A stretch of 64,000 nucleotides of DNA. Origin: the human T2T-CHM13v2.0 reference genome, Homo sapiens. Position 1 is the stretch's first letter; every line of letters begins with the position of its first letter. The stretch lies in assembly GCF_009914755.1 (NCBI RefSeq), contig NC_060938.1; one strand, given 5' to 3'. The translations under genes and the position numbers were made by a program. A model generated the notes under the pieces. The model made no database searches and was not told where the DNA came from. It saw nothing but the letters and a program-made list of their open reading frames with translations. Below, piece by piece: positions 15,098 to 28,870 of this stretch.

Positions 15098-15255
15098 ACA
15101 CACACACACCTGTGCACAATGCACACACATGAACATGCACACACGTGCACACACAAACACACGTGCACAATCATGCATGCACATGCACACATACAGCTGT
15201 GCACACGCATATACACATGAACACACAAATACATGCAACACGAAACACACATCAT
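15098..15255. repeat. Degenerate (CA)/(CATG)-rich tract
   Basis: cacacacac/catgcacac runs. Confidence 0.8.
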
Positions 15256-16349
15256 GAGGTTTCCACTTTAGAATACTCAGTCTAGTGGTTCGCAGGGGAA
15301 CATGGGGAAGTTTCTTCTCTCCGGATCACGGCTTCCTCATCTGAAAAATGGGGGTCCTGATCTTCCCGTAATGAATGGGAAAATTCTTTGTAAACTGCAA
15401 AGCTAAAAGCATGTAAGCCATGTTTTCAAACCCCATGTCCTTGTCAAAAGATTAAAATATGAAAGTTACCAACATAGCTCGCAACACCCTATGTCAGCAC
15501 AGGGCAGTGGTGGTAAAATGTATGTGCGTATCTGCGTGTAGCAAATGGAGAAACTGGGTCCCAAAAAAGGATAAGAAGAATGTCTAGGGGCACCCAATAA
15601 GTTTGTGTCTGATCTGGCATTTAAATCCGGGTCTTTTTGACTGGAGGCCTCATTGGGTACCTGCGTGATATCTACAGTGTTTTTAAGCAAGAGCCAAGGT
15701 TAAACAAATTTTTCTCAGGCCATTTGTCTCCAGTGACCACGTGACCTACCCACTCCAAGGACAGAGCCAGTGAACACTTCCAGCAGGTCTCACAGGACAA
15801 CAATCTAAAATCCATTAGCCACAGGCACCCTTTGTCCACTTCAAAAAAAAAGAGATGTGCATTATTCATAGCTTGACAAGTGGTACGATGCCCTTGGCCT
15901 GTTCCTTCTTCCTGCACCCCTTCTTGCCTTTTCTGTTGCTACTTGCAAGAGAGCTTCTCCGCAGAGTACACTGACATCAGAACAAGGGAGGCAGCTCAGC
16001 AGAGGCTTGGATACTGGCCCGAAGGTCTGGGTTCCATTTCTGGCCCCAACACTTCTAAGCTATTAAATAGGCAGAAATTAATTGCCCTTGGGTAACCTAT
16101 GAAAAACGCCTAGCCCAGTGCCAGGGAAGAGGGTGTGCTCAATATGTGCTGAGAAATGAAAAGTGTTGGGGGCAGGTGTGGAGCCATGGCCCTCTGCGGT
16201 GGGACAGCTGTGCAAAGGAGGCAATGAATATTAGCTTCATCCAACTTCCAAGAAACAGATGCTGCAGGAAACAGAGCCAAAGAGGTGACCCTGTGATCCA
16301 CAGGTCCCAATGCTTGGATGGTGACAGAATGGACAGAACAGGGGTCATG

Positions 16350-16550
16350 GGTTTGGAAAGGTCAGTGGAGCCGGAAAGACCTGGGCTGGAGTCCCAGCTC
16401 TGTGACCTCACCAAACCCACATAGCCTCTCTGAGCATCAGTTTCCTCTTCCAGGAAATTGCGATAATTGCATTGACTTCTGAACTGTTACGAGAGCTGCA
16501 GGCTCCATGGAAAGGCAGAGCGCACAGTAGATGCTCAATAAACAGCAGTT
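16350..16550 (+). mobile_element. MIR
   Basis: agacctgggctggagtcccagctctgtgacct...ctctctgagcatcagtttcctc...gtagatgctcaataaa. Confidence 0.75.
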
Positions 16551-17388
16551 GCTGCAGTTGTCGCTGTTGATGGGACATTTCTCCCAACTGAGGCAGAAAA
16601 CCTACCCAGCCAGATCCCAGGAAAACTCCAGACTGCCTGCAGGGAAGAAAAGCTTCCAGCGCCTCCCCTCCAACCGGCCCTTGAGGCTTCGCTTACCTTT
16701 CTGAAAATTAAATTAAAATTCAACAGTAGCGCCATTGTGGCTTATGCATAGTCTTTAATATCCACCGCTGACAGGATGGAATTAGCTGCATTTTTTTGTT
16801 TGGGTTTTTATTTCTTGCTCCAACTTTCATTCTCCCCCACAGGGTGTAAGCTGGTGTTTAATCTCATCCCCAGAGCACTGGGCCACTCTTAAGTAGGACG
16901 GGCGGGCGGGCGGGCGGCCTTGGCCCCCAGGCAGACCAAGGTGAGCGCTGGGAGGACGTGGGTGGAGGGCACCTTCTGTTGATCTTCCCCTGCCATCCAA
17001 GTTGGCCAACACAGGTTCTGCAGGCACAAGAGAATCAGTGCAGAATTATCGCTAAGCCTCCAGATCATCATCCTCATTAGAGGTAACCGGAGCCCAGCTG
17101 GCCTGAACGCAGCTCTAAACCCCACTAAGACGGGACGCACTCGGGAAGAATATGCTGAATGTAATTTAATCATCCTGGAAACAAGTCTGCATTCTTTTTT
17201 GTCTTTGGCCCAAAGGAGAGGTAATTCCCGATGCAGTCAGAGAAGTGGAACCATGCCGACTCGAGAGAAAGGCCTGGATTGGGTGGACAAGAAGGCTTGG
17301 TAGAATTTAGAGGCTCTGCTCTGCTTCTTCTGGATGAAATAAACTCCCATTCACCCACATCCAAATCAAGGCCTCTGCCAGCTTTTCA

Positions 17389-17416
17389 GAACCTTCCAGA
17401 ATTTTCCAGAACCTTC
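17389..17416. promoter_or_regulatory. Perfect six-unit heat-shock element (HSF motif)
   Basis: GAAccTTCcaGAAttTTCcaGAAccTTC: six contiguous alternating nGAAn/nTTCn pentamers. The motif is certain; function is untested. Confidence 0.6.
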
Positions 17417-17794
17417 ATATGAATTAGTGAACGGAGTCTCTTTCTCCAGGTTAATGAAGCCTGCACTCTCATGGCATAGCAAGTGGAGAAGAGGCTGATT
17501 CCAACCCCACATCGCTCCCTTCAGGGCAGTCCGAGGTAGAAGGCTCCCTGCCTCCCCTCCCACAGCAGCCGCCTCTGTAGATTGCCCCATCCCTCCCCAC
17601 CGAAGCCTCACTTGGCAGATGGTTTCCTGAGCTCTGAACCTCTGCCATCGCCGTCTGCAAGCCTGCCTTGCCAGCTCACCTTTCACCCAACCTCACCTGT
17701 GCCCTTTCTCTGCTCCAGCCCCACCAGCCATCCCTGCCTCCACCCACATGCCAGGTGGTCCCAGCACAGGGATAACCTTAGGTCCCATGCAAAT

Positions 17795-18020
17795 GGTGCT
17801 TGACAGCTTACAAAACACTTCTGCATCCTTCACCTCTCTGGATTCTCCCACAGCCCCATGAGAGGGGCAGGGTGGAATTATGATGCCTGTTTCTCAGATG
17901 GGAAGATGGAGACTCAGAGATGGGAAATGGCTTTATTCAAACCATATTGCTGCTCAGGACTAGGGCTGGGCTGGGAACCCCGGCCTTCTGGCTCTGAGTC
18001 CAGGCACCCATCCTGCTTCC
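17795..18020 (-). mobile_element. MIR
   Basis: ttctcccacagccccatgagagg...tttctcagatgggaagatggagactcagaga...gggaacccc...ttctggctctgag. Confidence 0.75.
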
Positions 18021-18029
18021 ACCAAGGCT

Positions 18030-18586
18030 TTAGAGGCTGAATTGTGTCCCCCAACCACGCTCCCACTCCCTAAATTTATCTACTGAAGTCCTAATCCCCA
18101 GAACTGTATTTGGAGATATGGTCTTTAAAGAGGTGTGTATTAGTCCATTTTCACGCTGCTGATAAAGACATACCCGAGACTGGGTAATTTATAAAGAACA
18201 GAGGTTTAATGGATTTACAGTTCCACATGGCTGGGGAGGCCTCACAATCATGGTGGAAGGTTAAAGCCATGTCTTACATGGCGGCAGGCAAGAGAGAGAA
18301 TGAGAGCCAAGTGAAAGGGGAAACCCTTTATAAAACCATCAGATCTCATGAGACTTATTCACTAACCTAGAAAAGTATGGGGGAAACTACCCCCGTGATT
18401 CAGTGATCTCCCCCTGGGTCGCTCCCACAACACATGAGAATTATGGGAGCTGCAATTCAAGATGAGATTTGAGTGGGGACACAGCTAAACCATATCAAGG
18501 TGATTAAGCTAACATGAGGTCATTAGGGCAGGCTGTAATCCAATTCTGACTGTTGTCCTTATAAGAAGAGGAGATTAGGACAGGCA

Positions 18587-18623
<37 letters not shown>

Positions 18624-18820
18624 AACACATGAGGATACAGGGAGAAGGCGGCCACCTGCAAGCCAAGGAGAGAGGTCTGAGAAGGAACCAGCTCTGCTGA
18701 CACCTTGATTCCGACTTCCAGCCTCTGCAACTGTGAGCAAATGCATCTCTGCTGTTTGGCCCTCCCTCCTCCACCCTGGGGCTAAGGTACTCTGTTAGGG
18801 CTGTTCTGGCAGACTAACCA
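18030..18820 (+). mobile_element. MLT1B-like MaLR solo LTR, split by THE1; contains (CA)n
   Basis: ggctgaattgtgtcccc...tgaagtcctaatcccc...tttggagata...gtccttataagaagaggagattaggaca...caagccaaggagagagg. Confidence 0.85.
18136..18497 (-). mobile_element. THE1 (THE1B-like) solo LTR with perfect 5-bp TSD aggtg
   Basis: tgtattagtccattttcacgctgctgataaagacatacccgagactggg...ggggacacagctaaaccatatca; aggtg at 18131-18135 and 18498-18502. Confidence 0.93.
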
Positions 18821-19304
18821 AAAGGCCCTGTCCACTCAGCCCCTAGCCGTCTGTGCAGCCTGCACTGTTTCCCCCCGCCCCCACCACCCTTGCCTGCTCT
18901 CAGCATCCCCTTGCTGCTTAGCAGGCACGTGCTGCCCACCCAGTGGGACTGAGATCCGGGACTGTGGTGGTGTGGTTATCAGTAAGGCATGCATGTGAGA
19001 GTGCTTGGGGCTCCTTGAGCCAACTTTTAGGATCTTTAGGATCTTCCTTCTCATAAACTTGTCTTGTCATTATAACTGATGCTATGATATCAGCTTTGTG
19101 TGTTTCAGGAACACTGGAAATCCTTTCATCTGGGGAACACGCTTTTGGAAGAACTTTTTGTATATTTTGTATATAATTTATATGCGCAAATGTGCATGTG
19201 GACGCACTTCATAAATTGTTATAAAACCTAAGTATATCTATTGAAAATTACATATACATGTCAACATGCAGGTAACTGTATTTTCACCCTATATATAAGC
19301 TAGC

Positions 19305-19593
19305 TTTTTTCTGAAGCAGAGTCTCACTCTGTCACTCAGGCTGGAGTGCAGTGGTGAGATCTCAGCTCACTGCAGCCTCGACCTCCTGGGATCAAGCGAT
19401 CCTCCCACCTAACCCTCCCAAGTAGCCAAGACTATAGATGTGTGCCACCATGCCCACCTACTTTTTGTACTTTTTGTAGAGATGGGGTCTTGCTATGTTG
19501 CCCAGGCTGGTCTTGAACTGCTGGGCTCAAGCAATCTGCCCAGCTTGGGCTCCCAAAGTGCTGGGATTACAGGCATGCACATCACACCCAGCC
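19305..19593 (-). mobile_element. AluJ, TSD ~ctagcttttt
   Basis: gcagcctcgacctcctggg...aagcgatcctcccacc (J-type); ctagcttttt on both flanks. Confidence 0.92.
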
Positions 19594-21810
19594 CCTCAAC
19601 TAGCTTTTTATTCAGCCTATATTTATCATCAGAATGTGAACATATCAAAGAAAGGCATTTCCTCCTAATCTTCTTTTCCAGAAACCTGTAGAAATGCCAC
19701 CCAAAGAGGCTAAATGACTATAATATTGATCACATCCTGACCTTGATATTTACAACATCCTCCTTTAACATGTTTTGAGGCCTGCATGCACCACCCTTAT
19801 ATTGGGCAGAAATCTTCAAAAACCAGCAAGCTCACTTCCAGCAGCCATTTTTCTCGAATTGTCCCTCTCATGTAGCTGTGTCCCCCATGGCCCTGAGCAC
19901 CTGAGGAAGAGTAAACAGCAGGTGCTTCATAAAGACGGATGTTATTCTCCAGGCCTGTGTCTGGCCTGCCAGGTCACTTGGGCAACCCTGGGGAAATCCA
20001 CTGGTGCCTCCAAGCAACAGCCCGAGATGGAGGAGGTGCCCTGGCTTCATCTGCCGCCTGCTCTTCCCTGCAATATCCCACAAGCAAGCGGAGACCCTGG
20101 CTGGGAATGCACACGCTGAGGTTGGTAGAGCAGAGGGCTCCGCAGACAGAGGTTGGGGGGTAGACAGGTCCAGCCTGCAGCCACAGCAGCTCTCGAAGGG
20201 CTTGCCTGACTCTCATCCAGCTCAGAGGGGGCATCCCAGGCTGGCTGGGGCCACTTCTGGCCTCCAGACTGTGGCTGCTGGGCCACCCACACTGGCACAT
20301 AGGCCCCAGAGATGGGGGGCTCAAGTAGAATCCCACCCAAGAGAAGTCAACAGAGCCACCCAGGCTTTTAGGACCTGGGCTGGGCTGGCAGGGCTGTGGG
20401 GGAGAGTGGCACAGTGGGCGGGGGCTCGCTCAGCCTGAGGAACAGGAGAGGCTTCGCAGAGGAGCCACGTCTTGAAATAAACCCTGAGTGTAAACGAGAG
20501 CCCCCATAAACAGGGGTGAGCCATGTACTTGACACTATCTCAGCAGCCCCCCTCGTCCTCTGGGCTCCTGAAGCCCTGGGATCGGGGCTGAGGCCTGGCT
20601 CCCTGCAGACCTTGCTGTGACCTTGGCCGAGCCCCCTCCTCTCTGGGCCTCCAAGAGAGGGAGGGAAGCAGAGCCAGTGCCCTACCCGCTACCTGGGCTT
20701 GTGATCCCAGCAATGTGAGCAGGTTGGTGGGGTTTGTGGGAGGCTGTAGAGGGAGGCCACTCAGGGAACAGCAGGACAGCGACCCTCCTGAGAGTGAATG
20801 CAGGAAATTAGAAAACACCTCTCCCTGGGCGAGAAGCTCTCCTCCCCAAGCAGCGGGCCAAGAATGTGCTGACGGCGTGGGAACCCGGTCCCTGGCAGCG
20901 CCCAGGCCCTGGTGAACTGGCTCTCTCCAACAGCAGCGTCTGTCCTGCAGACCTGCGTGCCCTTCCTTCCCACACAACCTGCGACCATACCTGAGACGGA
21001 CACACAACACCGAGCCACAGACTATTGAATTAGGCTGCCCTGGCGTGACTGTCTTGGCAGCACATTCCTCCATGATCCTTATCAGCTATAATCAAATCTG
21101 GAGAGTGGCTAGAATGCTGATACCTTCCTCACCCTGTGTCCTCCTGGAACGATGCAGGCGAGAGCTTCCCCTGCTTGTCAGGTCGCTGCGGCTCCACTTC
21201 ACACAGCCTTGTGTTTCAACAAGGGGATCCCCCAAATGCCAGTCCGTCAAGCAATACCCTTATGTTTGCTGGGAGAGACCCTCCTAAGCCATGACAAGGT
21301 TTCGTGTTTAGTGGGATGATGACAAGAGGACAGGATGGACTGTGGCTTCTGCCCAGCCCTGTGAGGAAGACGCATGGGTGGGCACCAAGTGGGCTCCAAA
21401 TGAGACCCGTGTGTGCCCCCAACAGAATGTGTTCACTTGCTTCTTCACTAAACAAATGGGGGTTGCACACCTACCATGGGGTGCGGCAGGAATAAGATGA
21501 GGCCCCGGCCCTCCAAGGGCCCACAGACCAGGGGTGGCAGCTCTCCAGCTCACAGTTGCAGGTACATTATAGCATGCGTTATAAATGTGCTGTGGGAGCA
21601 CAGTCAGGACACCCAAACTAGGCTGGGTGAGGTGGTGGCTGGAGGACTTCCTGGAAGAAGCCACGTGTTAGATGAATCAGAAGCAGGGAAGTGAGGGGTG
21701 GGTTTTTTTTTCAAGAGCTCCAACTCAAGAGCCTTCAAGGAGTCCTAGTAGGAGGATTGGAATTAGCACCAGATGCTTGAGAATGGGAAGTCACACTCTT
21801 GGGCATAGGT

Positions 21811-21882
21811 GGAAGGAAGGAAGGAAGGAAGGAAGGAAGGAAGGAAGGGAGGGAGGGAGGGAGGGAGGGAGGGAGGGAGGGA
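21811..21882 (+). repeat. Compound microsatellite (GGAA)9(GGGA)9
   Basis: Read directly from the sequence. Confidence 0.95.
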
Positions 21883-22118
21883 AGGTGGGATTTCACAGCT
21901 CCAGTTCCAGACCTCATCACAAGGAGAGTGGCTCCCTCCTTGCCAGAAATGGGGACACAGGGAGGATGAGGAGGTGGCCTGGAGGGAGAGGCTCAGCCAG
22001 ACTGCAGCTGCGTGAGAGTGGGTTCTTGGACCCAGCCGGAAACAGTGCAGGTCTTCAAGTGTCCTGCATGACTCTGAGCTGTCTGTGGTGGTGCTGATGG
22101 CAGAGGCTGGGCTGGCTC

Positions 22119-22177
22119 GTGCTTCACACCTGACAGTGGCCTGGAGTGCTTCACACCTGACAGTGGCCTGGAGTGCT
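22119..22177. repeat. Perfect 27-bp tandem duplication (2.2 copies)
   Basis: gtgcttcacacctgacagtggcctgga x2 plus gtgct. Confidence 0.95.
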
Positions 22178-22629
22178 CCCCAGGGGTGGCCCAAGCTATG
22201 TCCCAGAGCTTCAGCCATGAAGGAGGCAGGTTGCTGAGGGTCCACACATTGCCTTCAGAGATCCTAACCCCAGGAGCTCACCCTGTAGAAGGAGGAGGCG
22301 GGCGAGAGACAGGGAAATACAAAACCTAACAGGTAAACAACGTAAGCTCGGAGTTTCAAGTGCTCCGAAGGCAATAAAGCAAGATGGAATGAAGTGTGGA
22401 TAGAGAGGCCAAAGAGGCTGAATGAATGGATGGATGGATGGGTGGGAGCGTGGGTAGATGGATGGACAGACGGACATTATTAATCGAATCCAAGTATGAG
22501 CAATACATTTCCTAGCACCTGCTAACTCTGATTGAGGCCATGAGTTGGAAAGGTTAGAAGACAAGACTTGGGGGTTCACTGCCTGTGCCTTGTCCCAGCC
22601 CTGCCTCTCATGCTCTGGGTCCCACGGGG

Positions 22630-22760
22630 CAAGGCTTCACATCCTTGTGCCTCAGTTTCCTCATCTGTGAAATGGAGGTGGTCATAGTACCTACCTCATA
22701 GGGTCAGTACATATGTGTACTCACTATGTAAATACTTAGAGGAGCCTGGTTACATGGAGT
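22630..22760 (+). mobile_element. MIR
   Basis: tgtgcctcagtttcctcatctgtgaaatggagg...agtacctacctcataggg. Confidence 0.85.
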
Positions 22761-24559
22761 GACACAAAGGTGCTTGGTGATGGTGCCCTGGGTTGAGAAG
22801 GATTCTGAGGTTACAACGGCCCCAGTGAGGCAGGGGCCAGGAGTGGGAATGTGCTCTCTGAATGCCCATCCAGGTCCAGTCCACCTCCAGGGACTCTGCT
22901 CTGAGCTTCTGGCTGTGGGAAGCTCTCAGGTCGCCTGGTCCTGGCTGTGCCACCACCCACCTCCTGGCTTTCCCTCAGCTCTCTTGGTCTCTTTCATTCA
23001 TTCTTTCCTTGGGCCACAGTGAGCAGCAGCGTGAGGTCTGGGCAAAGGCAGGGGCTGTGGATCAGAGGGGAGGGATGGGAGAGTCGCAGGCTGTGGCGCC
23101 CCTTTCAAGCCTGTGAAGGGCATGAGAGAAAGGCCATTCACAGGAGGCTGGCCTGGGAGTCACGGCCCATCCAGCCGGGCTCTGCCTCACAGGGGGTCCA
23201 TGGAAAAGCCACCCCGCTCCCTGGGGCTCTGCTTCAGTCACTGAGCAATGAGGGGCAGACATCTCTTCAAAAAGGAGACCCCCATAATGAGACAGAAGTG
23301 GACTTTCCCTGGTTGGGGCTTGGGGCCTGGAGACCCGACCCCTGGGACTCCTCTGGGGACTGCTAAGCCAGAGGAGAACTGTCCTGAAACCATCAGGGGA
23401 GGGGACCTCCGAGAACCTCCACCCACAGCAGTCCAGGATTGGGGGTCTGAGATTTCTGAGGGGGAGGCCGTTTCTTGCCCTGACTGAGGAAGTTCTGAGG
23501 GCAGAGGTGAGCAGTCAGGGAGGGATGGTGGTCAGGAATAAAGGGTGGCTTAGCTCTGTGGAGGGAGAATGACCCAGGGCTCAGCCACCTTGCACTGCAA
23601 ACCCAGAGCCGCCACCCACTCGCTGCAACCCCGAGCTGGCATGTGTCTCTCGGAGCCTCTGCCTCCCTGTCTCCAAGAGGCGGCAGTGACCATGGTGGCT
23701 GGTGGTGCTGGTCAGGCAGGGCAGGCAGAATTAGGGGCTCAGTGGGAGCTGGGGGAGGGCAGGCTGTCCCGGCTCCCATGATGCCAGTGGGGCCTGGAGG
23801 CCTGGTGACCGCCTCGGAAGGACCCCCAGGCACCCCGGGTTGAGCTCTCCGGAGGCCCCATAGGTCCCCGGTTCCTGGGGCCTGTAACCGCCTCTTCAGC
23901 CCCTGTCCCTTCCTTCCCCTGGTGAGGCCAGGCCTCTCCCTCTCCTGGAGCACATCTTCTCTGCCTTCCACCCACCACACCAGTCTCTGCCCACCCTTCT
24001 CAGCCCGGCTCAAGCCTCACTTCTTCCCGGCAGGCTTCTAATCACCCAGCCACCTTTCCCTCCATGAACGTGCCCATCACCCTGCCTTCCCCACCTTCCT
24101 TATGCGGTCAACTCCCCTCCTCCTTCCAAGGACAAGTTCCAAGGTCACAGCGGAGTCATGGGTCCCTTAGCTTGGGCATCTGGCCCCCAGTCTTGGCGTT
24201 GCAGTCCTGCAGCGCCTGACACCACACTGCTCTGTCCCCGGCACCAGAGTTCAGCCCTGGCTTCACTGCCGCCGAGCCCACGTGACCTCTGAGCCTGACC
24301 TGTACAATGAGCATGGGAGTGCCAGCACCTCCCTCCTATGAGGATTCGCTGTGATAAAGGACCCAGCCCTGTGCCCCACCTGTGATAAGTGCTTGTTAAT
24401 GACATCATGGGTTACTGCATTGCAGTATTTAACACTTATTTGCATACTGTTCGCCTGTGCCTAGCGCAGCACCACAGGCTCCCAGGAGGACAGCCACGGC
24501 ACCCACACTCCTCGTAGGCTCGTGCAGGGAATTTGAAACAGCTTTCTCCTGTGTTAGAT

Positions 24560-24780
24560 TAAACCCTGAAAGGCTTTTTTTGATCCTTACCTCTCTCTCT
24601 GAGACAAGTAGACCAGGGATTTTTTATTCCCATTTCACACTCACACACACACGCACACACACAGAAATGCAGGCTGAGAGAGCTCAGGTCGCTTGCCCAA
24701 GGTCATACAGCTCAAATCAGCAGAGCCGGGGCTCAAATGTGGGCTCCCCAAGGCTCCCAAGCCTGAGGTCTTTTCCTCCA
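24560..24780 (-). mobile_element. MIR
   Basis: tattcccattt...aggctgagagag...cttgcccaaggtcatacagc...cagagccgggg. Confidence 0.7.
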
Positions 24781-25089
24781 TGCTCTCCCTGCCTTAAGTT
24801 ACCCCTGAAAAGGAGTCGGCAGAGTCAAAATACAGGGCTGATGCTGACAAGCCCGATGCTGATTATGGTGCCTATAACTGGAAAGAGACCCTTTCTCCAT
24901 TTGAAAGTACCCCGGCCTATTCTGCAAGTGAGGAAGACACATCCGGGGAGGCCATAACGTCACGTGATGGTGTCCTGGCCGTGAGCTTCTGCAAAATCCA
25001 CATCTGTCACTGTGTTTTCAGGACCATCATCACACTCAGGTCTTAAAACCCACCAACTACAAAGCAAGGCTCAGCAAAGGGTAGCAAGG

Positions 25090-27040
<1,951 letters not shown>

Positions 27041-27649
27041 TGCCTGTCGCTCAGTGCTTTTCTGCTAACGGTGACAGGGTCAGGGAGGAATTTTCTGTAA
27101 CTAATTAGGTTTGAACTTGCCAGAGAGAAAGTGGACATTGGCAGCCTATTGTATAAGAGTGAAACAAAGTTTGAACTAGAGTGAACTTAATTTCCTTTGC
27201 ACTGAAAGGAAAGAAAGATTAATGAAATATCCCCAAATCCATCCTGTTAGTTTTTATTAAATCAGCAAATGAAATTTAACCTCCAATTCTGCTATAACGT
27301 CCTTTCCTGCAGATTGGGTTTCAGCAAGCCTAAGTGAAATAGACACACTCCCTCTAGAACAACATTTCGATATGAAAATTGCATTATTGCCGTCAACATC
27401 AGGTTACCTGAGGAACAAGCCACTTGGAAAACAATTAATTCCACAAAGAGCAGAATGACACATACATTGCCTCAAATTTACAAGAAGCACAATGTTCTGA
27501 TTACAGCATTTGTGTAAGTTCATTTCTTACCTCTTTGCTAATGCTAATAAAAAACCAGTTGAAATTTATGTCATAGCAGCGGCAATACTTTTACCTTCAA
27601 ACAGGGGTGAGAAAAGGGAGGGGAAGACGATGGTTATCCACCACCCACC

Positions 27650-28110
27650 TATTTATTGTGTGCCAGGTGCTGGTTCTCTCCGCATGTTGTTCTCATAACG
27701 TCTCAAGGTAACAAAACTTACCCGTTACAAGGATGAAGAAACGGAGGCTTAGGAAAGCAAAGGGCACACTAAGGTCAAAGACGTGCTATTCAAGCCCATT
27801 TGCTAACGTGCAGCCGTTTCCTGGCTTTTCAGCAAGGAGATGTGTGTGTCGCTTTATTCGTTCATTGAACAAATGCTGGCCAGCGGAGCGTCGCTCTGGG
27901 CCGGGCACCCCGATGGTCTTGGGAACCCCAAGCATCCATGTTGATTCCTCATTTCATTTGACCCTCACCGCGGCCCCTTGAGAGGGGGTGCTAACACCAT
28001 TTAAAGAGTTTCAGAGGAGGGTGGCGACTAGTCCAGGGTCACAGAGAGTAAGTGGTGGGGCTGGAGCTGAGAGCCAGGGCTTCAGCCTGGAAGTCCAGGG
28101 CACCCAGAGC
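27650..28110 (-). mobile_element. MIR/L2 fragments
   Basis: atttattgtgtgccaggtgctg; gatgaagaaacggaggcttagg; ttcattgaacaaatgc; cagggtcacagagagtaagtggtggggctgg. Confidence 0.6.
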
Positions 28111-28689
28111 CAGGCCACCCGATGTCCCCGTACTCGTGTGTTCTGCGGGCACCGTAGTAAGGAGGGGAGCACAACACTCTCAGGCCAGCCTCAAAAGTGG
28201 TTTTCAGGTGAGTTACAGAAAATCTGTTTTTGTCTCCGTTTTCTGATGTTACTGAATGGAAGTAACAATCCAGTATCAATCCAGTAATGTGAATAAGATT
28301 AAAAAGGTGGCTTGCGAATTATCATTTCTGTGAGACTGAGACAGAAATGTGTGTTCTGTGGGCCCGTGGGAGCCTGTGGGAGAACCTACCAGACTCAGAT
28401 CTCAGCTCAGAAAAGGGTGGCATCAGCCAGAGCTCCCTTAGGGAGAGATGAGTTGCTTGTCCCTGTGGGAAAACAAATGGAGACGAAGGGACCATTTGGA
28501 GGGGAGGCTGTGATGGGGACGCAGCTCATGCTCCTGCCATTCAATGACTCTGTACGTTAGGCTACTTCATGTCCACATCTTCTCTGGAGGTGGCTTCAGT
28601 GAGCCTGAGGGTGCCCGCACAGTGCAGCCTGGAGACTCTGCATCCGAGAGAGGATGCTTCTCACTTGCCTTCTGCCTGGGATGGAGAGT

Positions 28690-28870
28690 AGGCTGGGCTG
28701 GAGTGTGAATCCTGCCCTGCCACTTACTCCCTGGGAGCCTTGGCCATCTCACCTGGGAACTGGGGACAATGTTTGGTCCGTCCTCACTGGGCCTTGTCAG
28801 GGTTAAATGAGAGGGCGAGTGCAAGCACTTAGCACAGAGAGACAGTAGATGCTCAATAAATGTGAACTGT
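28690..28870 (+). mobile_element. MIR
   Basis: tgaatcctgccctgccacttact...gggttaaatgag...aagcacttagcacag...gtagatgctcaataaatgt. Confidence 0.8.
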
